Shown: positions 44,551 to 51,296 of the stretch, piece after piece
How positions within the stretch are numbered: the stretch's first letter is position 1
How the letters are laid out: every line of letters starts with the position of its first letter
Source: Minisyncoccota bacterium
Lineage (GTDB): Bacteria; Patescibacteriota; Minisyncoccia; Phycocordibacterales; Phycocordibacteraceae
Assembly (NCBI GenBank): GCA_039927695.1
Contig: JBDSUM010000020.1
Location: 1-63,800 of the forward strand
DNA: 63,800 bases
Direction of reading: 5' to 3'
Made by a program: the position numbers and the translations under genes
The notes under the pieces: model-generated
What the model saw: the letters and a program-made list of their open reading frames with translations, nothing else
The model's database searches: none
What the model was told of the DNA's origin: nothing

Positions 44551-45042
44551 TTATTTCTTGCCTTTCTTTGTAGATTTCTTACCAGCTTTTTTAACAGCCT
44601 TTTTTGGTGCAGCCTTCTTCACCACCTTCTTTACGCTTTTCTTTGCAGAAGCAACAGTCTTCTTTACGCTCTTTGTTGCTGACTTGCCAGCTGAAGCAAT
44701 TTCACGTTGTACTTCCTTCCAGTTCTTCTTAAGCTCAGTTGCTGCAGAAGCAAGATTCTTCTTATCAATAGAGCGAACGGTACTGTACGCAGCAGAAGCA
44801 CGATCAACGATGGTAGCAATAGCCTTCTGATCAAGCTTCTTAACTTTCTTTGCTTCCTTTACTACATCGTTCTTCATATCCTTTGCCCACTTGCTTGCTG
44901 AAGCGCGATGCTTCTTTGCGTTCTTATCGCCATAGAAGTAGTAACCAGCACCTGCTGCAGCTGCTGCAGCGAGAACTCCAGCACCCACTTCCATTACGGT
45001 TGTCGCAGTACTCTGACCTTTCTTTCCTTTTGATGATGCCAT
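44551..45042 (-). CDS. Lys/Ala-rich protein (YtxH-like N-terminus, histone-H1-like basic C-terminal tail)
   Basis: 163 aa. GAGVLAAAAAAGAGYYFYG, then KK-rich helices ending KKVVKKAAPKKAVKKAGKKSTKKGKK. Confidence 0.6.
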   Translation of the reverse strand: MASSKGKKGQSTATTVMEVGAGVLAAAAAAGAGYYFYGDKNAKKHRASASKWAKDMKNDVVKEAKKVKKLDQKAIATIVDRASAAYSTVRSIDKKNLASAATELKKNWKEVQREIASAGKSATKSVKKTVASAKKSVKKVVKKAAPKKAVKKAGKKSTKKGKK

Positions 45043-45059
45043 AAAAATGTAATGAGTTA

Positions 45060-45347
45060 TTAAGATTTAGATTTACTCTTTTTCTTCGTTGAGGAGAGGC
45101 GCTTGGCCGTCTTTTTGAAGAACGTGAACAAAGGTACAAACCGGAGCCCTCGCTTGATATCATCGCGCATGTCACCAAGGTCCGCACGTATTGCGCCGGT
45201 TTCCTCTTCCACTTCAATCGCAATACGATTGGCAGTGTTGAGGAAACGAGCAACGTAGACCAAGACAACACACACAAGTATCCCGACGATCACTACAATG
45301 ATCGTCGTTACTGCGAAGAAGATATCCATTTTTAGGAATTCGTTCAT
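45060..45347 (-). CDS. Small membrane protein (DUF948-like)
   Basis: 95 aa. An N-terminal TM, then a charged coiled region and a basic tail. Confidence 0.5.
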   Translation of the reverse strand: MNEFLKMDIFFAVTTIIVVIVGILVCVVLVYVARFLNTANRIAIEVEEETGAIRADLGDMRDDIKRGLRFVPLFTFFKKTAKRLSSTKKKSKSKS

Positions 45348-45515
45348 GGCTCGGGACTTAGTAAGTATAGCGTGTTCAGGGTGAACGGGAGGTTAATCCA
45401 CAGCACTTCGCATCGGCATGAGCACCTGACACGCAGCCCCTGCTACATGGCGCCAGGGACTCACGCCTCGCCAGGTCATCTAGATATAACAGTCTCGGGC
45501 GATATTCGAACAAAT

Positions 45516-45956
45516 CTATCTAGTTACATTGCCATCAACATGTAGCTCAAAGGTCTCATTCTCTGCTACACTCTTACCGCATTCTTCAGGTACAAATACA
45601 GTTATTTTTTTGCTATCAGGTGACCATTCTTTAAAGTAGCCACAGTACGTCGCACTAACATCAGTACCGCTGCTGGTAGTAAGGTATACCCCAGAATCAC
45701 CTTGTTCATTATCAAAGGTATGAGAGATGAACTTACCATCTGGAGATCGATTCTCGGTAAATGTACCGCTAAGAAGTTTTGATCGATCAATAGGAGCTGG
45801 AATATATGACGTTGATGAACTTGAAGAACTGACAGAATCTTTGGTCTCATTTGTATGAGGCGTAGTTATTGTATTATTCCTATTCATTGCAATTACCAGA
45901 CCAACTATAATGATCAGTAGGAGTAATATAGGTAGCAATATTTTTTTCTTATTCAT
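45516..45956 (-). CDS. Membrane-anchored hypothetical protein (partial propeller-blade-like WSPD motifs)
   Basis: 146 aa with an N-terminal TM and a Ser-rich linker. Contains SPDGKFISH and WSPDSKKITVF. In an AT-rich segment. Confidence 0.55.
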   Translation of the reverse strand: MNKKKILLPILLLLIIIVGLVIAMNRNNTITTPHTNETKDSVSSSSSSTSYIPAPIDRSKLLSGTFTENRSPDGKFISHTFDNEQGDSGVYLTTSSGTDVSATYCGYFKEWSPDSKKITVFVPEECGKSVAENETFELHVDGNVTR

Positions 45957-45964
45957 AAGAATGA

Positions 45965-46984
45965 TTATAAGTTGATAAGCTGATCTTCAGTAACTGAACT
46001 TGCTGTCGTTGCTGAGTTAGTAACTTTATTTTCTGAAGTTGAACTTGCTATTTCATTACCAGAGTTGTTTAGGTCGGAAGCTGAATCTTTAATAGCATTT
46101 GAGTTAGAACTCTCGAGACTTAATATATTCTCAGTATATCTAGATTTTGCTATATAAGTAATAGTCTCTCCATCAAGTGAATACTCAGGGTGCATAGCTA
46201 ATTGATAGCCATCTTGATTAGTAAGGCGTTTAAGAGTCTTATCTTGAATACTATATTCCCAGATATCGCCAGCGTTTGCGAAAGCTATACTCATACCATC
46301 TGGCGACCATGCAGCAGGGTAATCCCAATCAATTGGCGTAATCTTTTCCTTATTACTTCCGTCAGAATCCATTATCCAGAGATATTGATTGCCTGGCCTA
46401 AGTAGTAAATCAGATTGCATAAACAGTATCTTATCTCCATGAGGTGACCATCTTAACCAAGTCAATATATTTTGACCTCCTTCCATGATTAACGAGTCTT
46501 CTCCTTCTGGACTTCTAACATATATGTCTGAATTATCAGTTCCTTTCCTGGTTAGTGAATAGACTATATCTGAATTAGAACTGGAATAATAAGCGCTTAT
46601 TGTACCAACGGGTAAGCCAGAATTTTTATAAGAGCCGTCAGTATCCAGAATGTATAATTCTCTGCCTTTTGGGCTTTGAGTTTCTGATAGGAATAATATT
46701 ACTTTAGAACTATCTGGCGACCATGACACGAAACTACCCGTGTGAGGTTTTATAATAGTTCGTCCATTCTCATCGAGAATATACGTCTGAACAACTTCTT
46801 CATTCTTTTGAATTGTAATTGCCTGATATCTTCCATCTGGAGAAGTATAGATATCCTTGCTATCAAAAGGGCTGAGGCCAATTTTCTGCTCAGCAAAAGC
46901 AATTCCTGAGATTATGAAGAAAAGACTCAAAACACTGAATACCGTGCCGAGATTAATCTTTTTATTTATAGTTAAAGTTTTCAT
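45965..46984 (-). CDS. TolB-like/DPP-IV-type beta-propeller repeat protein, anchored or secreted
   Basis: About 339 aa. Repeated WSPDSSKVILF, WSPHGDKILF, WSPDGMSIAF and DGETITY blades. The ATG at 46984 overlaps the M23 gene stop (ATGA). Confidence 0.7.
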   Translation of the reverse strand: MKTLTINKKINLGTVFSVLSLFFIISGIAFAEQKIGLSPFDSKDIYTSPDGRYQAITIQKNEEVVQTYILDENGRTIIKPHTGSFVSWSPDSSKVILFLSETQSPKGRELYILDTDGSYKNSGLPVGTISAYYSSSNSDIVYSLTRKGTDNSDIYVRSPEGEDSLIMEGGQNILTWLRWSPHGDKILFMQSDLLLRPGNQYLWIMDSDGSNKEKITPIDWDYPAAWSPDGMSIAFANAGDIWEYSIQDKTLKRLTNQDGYQLAMHPEYSLDGETITYIAKSRYTENILSLESSNSNAIKDSASDLNNSGNEIASSTSENKVTNSATTASSVTEDQLINL

Positions 46985-48036
46985 AAGGAAGGTGGGTTGG
47001 TTCTCCATAAATATCCCTTATTATTAGTTCTAGGATCTGTAGTTGTAGCACTCCATCCAAATGGATCAATTGATTGACTTGCGTCACCTGTATCGCCCAG
47101 AGTCACTCCAAAGTGTAGGTGCTGGCCAGTAGGCCCGCTTACGCTACCTGTTGCTCCGCTTAAGAGAATAGTGTCTCCTCTATTAACGGTGTCATTCACA
47201 GAAAAGAATGATGATGTGGTGGTAGCATGTGCATAGATGGTAGATTGATCAAATTGAGGGTGATAAATACGCATACGGTATCCATAACCTTGATTGTGAT
47301 TGCTAGGATTTTCCCATCCTAAAGTTTCTACAGTACCGCTTGCAGCTGCCAGTATATTCTTACCCTCAGCATTTGTTCCGAAATCAATTCCATGGTGTCC
47401 GTCGTAACATCCTTGTGCATCCACACAATGACCTGCGCCTATATCTGCATCATTGCCGTAGAAAACTGTTCCATCATATCTGGTCATTTGTGAAGAAGTA
47501 GCGTCATGGTCAAATAAAGAAGTCGTAGTGCTAAAATCGGATAGATCTATCGGTAGGCTGTAATCTGCTAGGAGAAGAGAACTAGCTACGCCAGAGGTTA
47601 CCTTATATGCAATCTGTACTGCTGATCCCGCAGGAGTACTGTGTGTATTGTCAGTCCAAAACCAAGTATAAATTCCATCTCCATGAGAGGTATCAACACC
47701 CTCATACATAAAAGCATGACCTTTCGGATAACTTACAGAATAATCGCAGATATCATGAATATTTAAAAAAGTAGCCCAAGCATCGTCAGCAATCATATGA
47801 TTTGAGGCGTCAGGCCATTGAAGATTCTCCCGCAAAGAACTTTTAATAGGGTTTATGTCGGTATAACACTGACCACTACTAAAGTAAAAATCAATAGGAG
47901 CAATAATCGGCGCAGAACTATATGCGTTATATGGTGGAAGTATTTCAGAATCAACTAATCCACTAGCATAAACTAGAGAAAGAGGAGCAAAGCAGGTAGT
48001 GCTTAAAAGAAAAAATATATAAAATATTCTCTTCAT
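46981..48036 (-). CDS. Secreted M23-family metallopeptidase (peptidoglycan endopeptidase type)
   Basis: 351 aa with a signal peptide. HHGIDFG (HxxxD), the GYRMRIYHPQ..YAH block, and GQHLHFGV (HxH). Confidence 0.85.
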   Translation of the reverse strand: MKRIFYIFFLLSTTCFAPLSLVYASGLVDSEILPPYNAYSSAPIIAPIDFYFSSGQCYTDINPIKSSLRENLQWPDASNHMIADDAWATFLNIHDICDYSVSYPKGHAFMYEGVDTSHGDGIYTWFWTDNTHSTPAGSAVQIAYKVTSGVASSLLLADYSLPIDLSDFSTTTSLFDHDATSSQMTRYDGTVFYGNDADIGAGHCVDAQGCYDGHHGIDFGTNAEGKNILAAASGTVETLGWENPSNHNQGYGYRMRIYHPQFDQSTIYAHATTTSSFFSVNDTVNRGDTILLSGATGSVSGPTGQHLHFGVTLGDTGDASQSIDPFGWSATTTDPRTNNKGYLWRTNPPSL

Positions 48037-48249
48037 AAGAATAGTGGTAGGTTCGAAAGACTAACAAGGATAAGACTAAAAGTGCGTAGTAGAAAGATCT
48101 CTAGCCACCTTTCCAACTACCCTGCCCATTCAAATCATCAGCACTATTTATAGTTGATAATGATTGTTGAATTTGGTCAACGCAATAGTGTTGATAACAT
48201 TACGTAATCAAAGCGAAAATCTAATTGATAGGAGGATATTAGAAAACAA

Positions 48250-48284
48250 GCAAAACACCCAGGACTACGTCCTGGGTGTTTTGC
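48250..48284 (-). terminator. Terminator of the DEAD-box helicase gene
   Basis: GCAAAACACCCAGGA..TCCTGGGTGTTTTGC. Confidence 0.8.
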
Positions 48285-48302
48285 TTACTCACGTACCTTG
48301 GA

Positions 48303-49634
48303 TTACTCCGCGATAAACGTAAGTGCCTTACCTGTCTTACCAGCGCGGCCAGTACGACCGATGCGGTGCGTGTAGTCTTCGTAGGTTGCAGGCAAGTCAA
48401 AGTTGATGACGTGCGATACACCTGAGATATCAAGTCCGCGTGCAGCAACGTCAGTCGCTACGAGTACGCGAACATGATTCTGCTTGAAGAGACCGAGAGC
48501 CTTCTGGCGGCGTCCCTGAGTCTTGTCTCCGTGAATACTCTCAGAAGGAATGCCCGCGCGATTAAGATCGTTCGTAAGACGCTCAACACCATGCTTGGTG
48601 CGACCGAATACGAGAACCTTATCGAACTCTTTAGCGTCCGAAAGCAAATCTAGGAGCTTCGCAAGCTTATCCTGTGAACGCACACGAACCACGTCCTGGT
48701 CGATAGTCTGCGCCGTGTCGCGAGTCTTCACTGATACACGTGCAGGGTTGTGCAAGAATCCTCCAATGAGTGCTTCGATATCGCGTGAAAGCGTAGCGGT
48801 GAAGAAGAGCGTATGGCGAGGGGTCGGCATAGTGCTCATGATCTCGCGCATGTCATTAATGAATCCCATGTCGAGCATGCGATCAGCCTCGTCGAGAACA
48901 ACCGTGTTGAAGCCTCCGAGTGAGAGAGTACGACGCTCCATAAGATCCTTAAGACGTCCTGGGGTACCAATGACGAAGTTAGGGTTACGTCGAAGTCCGC
49001 GCATCTGGGGTTCGATTCCCGCGCCACCTACACAGGTAACGGCGTTAATCTGGAGACGCTTAGCGAATCCGTAGAACTCTTCCTCGATCTGAATAGCAAG
49101 CTCACGGGTCGGAACCATAATGAGCACACGTTCAGCACGGTTCTTGAGAACCTTGTCGATAAGGGGAATAAGGAATGCAGCAGTCTTGCCGGTTCCGGTG
49201 TTCGCCATACCAACGATATCCTCGCCGTTAAGGACGAAAGGAATTGCCTTGTCCTGAATTGGTGTTGGATGTAGGTATCCCTTTGAGATGATGTTCTGCT
49301 TGAGCTGGTCGTCGATTGGGAAATCAGCGAATGCTACGTCGGGCACGTATGCCACGACATCTTCTTGAGGCTTTGCCTTGTTAATAAGCTTTGAGAGGTC
49401 GACATCCATTTCCTGGTGTCCACGCTTCCCTCCTCCAGAGCGAGAACCGCCTCCGTTTCCACGAGAGCGTCCGCCACCGAAGCTGCTGCCTCCGCGACTG
49501 TTGTTGTCATATGAGCGTCCGCGGTCTCCGCCTCCGCGAGAACCACCTCCGTTACTTGAAGAACCACCGAAATTGCTGCGCGATCCTTGCGGTGCGCGGC
49601 GGCCGTCGGTACGGCGAATATATGTTGTAGCCAT
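48303..49634 (-). CDS. DEAD-box ATP-dependent RNA helicase with a ~80-aa N-terminal RGG-rich extension
   Basis: 443 aa from MATTYIRR. Q-motif region PTPIQ, Walker A ANTGTGKTAAF, VLDEADRML (DEAD), FTAT (SAT-position motif III) and HRIGRTGRAG. The upstream 157 codons of the track ORF are judged non-coding. Confidence 0.9.
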   Translation of the reverse strand: MATTYIRRTDGRRAPQGSRSNFGGSSSNGGGSRGGGDRGRSYDNNSRGGSSFGGGRSRGNGGGSRSGGGKRGHQEMDVDLSKLINKAKPQEDVVAYVPDVAFADFPIDDQLKQNIISKGYLHPTPIQDKAIPFVLNGEDIVGMANTGTGKTAAFLIPLIDKVLKNRAERVLIMVPTRELAIQIEEEFYGFAKRLQINAVTCVGGAGIEPQMRGLRRNPNFVIGTPGRLKDLMERRTLSLGGFNTVVLDEADRMLDMGFINDMREIMSTMPTPRHTLFFTATLSRDIEALIGGFLHNPARVSVKTRDTAQTIDQDVVRVRSQDKLAKLLDLLSDAKEFDKVLVFGRTKHGVERLTNDLNRAGIPSESIHGDKTQGRRQKALGLFKQNHVRVLVATDVAARGLDISGVSHVINFDLPATYEDYTHRIGRTGRAGKTGKALTFIAE

Positions 49635-49929
49635 TTGTTGTTTGTGAAATCCAGCACAAGAGCGCCATAGCAAAGAAAGCGTATGTGTGCGCCAATACCG
49701 GACAGAATAAATTCTGGCGTTAAATCCAGACCCAAGCGGTCTCATGAGTTTCTTGGGTGGACCTTGTAAGGTCTGTGGTCCCGGTAGAGCGCTGTGCGCA
49801 ATAAAAACTTGGAGAACGGTTGTAGGGATAGTATGACAGATTTCTCTATAAAATGCAAATGGGTGCCGGTCAAATGCGAACGACCCCCGTATTGCTACGG
49901 AGGCCGTGTTGGCGGGCGATTGCCGCGCT

Positions 49930-50085
49930 TCAGCTGAGGTGAAAGAACTTGGCGACCGGTGCCGGCAAGCCCCAGATATTGGCCGCGACGGCGACGGCGA
50001 CCAAGGCGACGGCGACCATGACAATAAGAAAGATCGTATTTGTCCGTGCTTTTGCAACGGCCGTTTCGCGCTGATCATAACCCAT
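49930..50085 (-). CDS. Possible 51-aa single-TM protein
   Basis: ATG at 50085, preceded by GGAAGAAGGAAG. TM IFLIVMVAVALVAVAVAANIW. Short and unsupported by homology. Confidence 0.35.
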   Translation of the reverse strand: MGYDQRETAVAKARTNTIFLIVMVAVALVAVAVAANIWGLPAPVAKFFHLS

Positions 50086-50164
50086 CGTTGACTTCCTTCT
50101 TCCATTGCCGTCCTCTTTAACGGCTGCCGTTAGAATACTCCTTCCTACACCTTCGTCAATTGCC

Positions 50165-50530
50165 CTACCCCACCTTAAAGTTAGGGTTGTAAATAAGGCC
50201 CAGCAGGTTATCAAATGGATCCTTGAGGGTTGCGACCATGATCTCATCGCCAACACTCATAGGTGGTTCGACGGCAACTGCACCGCAGGCGAGGAAATGT
50301 TCATATTGCGCCTGGATATCTTCGACACCCCAGAACGTCGCTACGTTCTCACCTTTCAGAGTTTCTTCAGCTTGCAGACCAAGTTCGTATCCACCGATAT
50401 TGAAACCCACATAATACGGTTCATCGAAATACGGTGTTGCTTGGAATACTTTTGAGTACCATTCTTTGGCTTTATCCAAATCAGAAACTTTATAGATTGT
50501 TGTGCGAAGGCCGAGTATAGGTGAAGTCAT
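50165..50530 (-). CDS. VOC (glyoxalase/bleomycin-resistance) family protein
   Basis: 121 aa. Single beta-alpha-beta-beta-beta paired module (VSDLDKAKEWYSKVF.., DPFDNLLGLI). Confidence 0.75.
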   Translation of the reverse strand: MTSPILGLRTTIYKVSDLDKAKEWYSKVFQATPYFDEPYYVGFNIGGYELGLQAEETLKGENVATFWGVEDIQAQYEHFLACGAVAVEPPMSVGDEIMVATLKDPFDNLLGLIYNPNFKVG

Positions 50531-50546
50531 AGAAAGTACATTAGAT

Positions 50547-50897
50547 TTAAACTGCTCCGCTCAATACGAGCACTAAGCATATGAAACCAAACACTGCAGC
50601 CCATACCACCGCACCCGCTGCCATGTCCTTGCTGCGACCAATTGCCGCATGATGTTCTGGGTGTACTTGGTCGAGTGCAATTTCAATAGAAGAGTTTTGT
50701 AGTTCGGTAACAACAACGAAGAACCAACAGAACACGAGTAGTAACAGTTCTTGATTTGTGAGTGGTCCACATAAGAAGTACACCAATGGTATTCCGATTA
50801 CGCCAAGGGCAGTATCAATCTGTATAGCGGAGTCATGTCTTAGGGCATACACCAGGCCGTGAAGTGGGTGCGAAAGTCGCATAATCCAATATTTCAT
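50547..50897 (-). CDS. dgkA: Diacylglycerol/undecaprenol kinase (DgkA family)
   Basis: 116 aa with 3 TM helices. ELQNSSIEIALD and SKDMAAGAV motifs. Confidence 0.8.
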   Translation of the reverse strand: MKYWIMRLSHPLHGLVYALRHDSAIQIDTALGVIGIPLVYFLCGPLTNQELLLLVFCWFFVVVTELQNSSIEIALDQVHPEHHAAIGRSKDMAAGAVVWAAVFGFICLVLVLSGAV

Positions 50898-50911
50898 ACT
50901 GGCAGTATACC

Positions 50912-50947
50912 AAGACTAAAGCCCCGCCATGGCGGGGCTTTAGTCTT
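50912..50947 (-). terminator. Terminator (17-bp perfect palindrome arms) after the lmo0937-family gene
   Basis: AAGACTAAAGCCCCGCC-AT-GGCGGGGCTTTAGTCTT. Confidence 0.75.
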
Positions 50948-50963
50948 GCAACAGATACAGCAC

Positions 50964-51113
50964 CTAAATAACTTTCTTACCTTGAACTAAACGAACGATA
51001 ATAAGAACGATGGCAATAACAAGGAGAAGGTGCACGAGCCCTCCCAGGGTGTAGGAAGTAACGAGACCTATAGCCCAAAGCACGAGCAAGACAATAGCAA
51101 TAGTCGTAAGCAT
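50964..51113 (-). CDS. lmo0937-family small membrane protein (49 aa, below the ORF-track cutoff)
   Basis: Hand translation: MLTTIAIVLLVLWAIGLVTSYTLGGLVHLLLVIAIVLIIVRLVQGKKVI. It matches the conserved pattern of this small-protein family as I remember it. Confidence 0.65.
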   Translation of the reverse strand: MLTTIAIVLLVLWAIGLVTSYTLGGLVHLLLVIAIVLIIVRLVQGKKVI

Positions 51114-51200
51114 AGGTGAAAAATTAAAGTAGTGATGCCTAAGACATTCGTCTTAAGTTACTCTTAGAATATATAAAACAGGCTGAAGCAAGTATGAACG

Positions 51201-51290
51201 GTAAAAAGCTATTACTTGTAGAGGCGGTTGAAATCGCCAAGTGCATCATTCCTATGCGGAACGGCGACTCTACAAGTAATAGCTTTTTAC
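51201..51290. repeat. Perfect 23-bp inverted repeat enclosing a 44-nt spacer
   Basis: 51201-51223 GTAAAAAGCTATTACTTGTAGAG is the exact reverse complement of 51268-51290. It begins 6 nt downstream of the typA stop. Confidence 0.9.
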
Positions 51291-51296
51291 GTCTAC

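Noticed and set aside
45348-45515. Possible SRP (4.5S) RNA, because of GTGTCAGGTGC and ATGTAGC strings on the minus strand.
   Set aside because: The conserved domain IV core (GGUCC-GNRA tetraloop-GGAAGCAGC) is absent on both strands. The resemblance is limited to a few short strings.
49635-50105. A 157-codon N-terminal extension that would make the DEAD-box helicase 600 aa long.
   Set aside because: The extension has no helicase-related features and contains promoter-like boxes and hairpins. It overlaps a better small ORF and its SD in another frame. The RGG tail and the helicase core start cleanly at the ATG at 49634.
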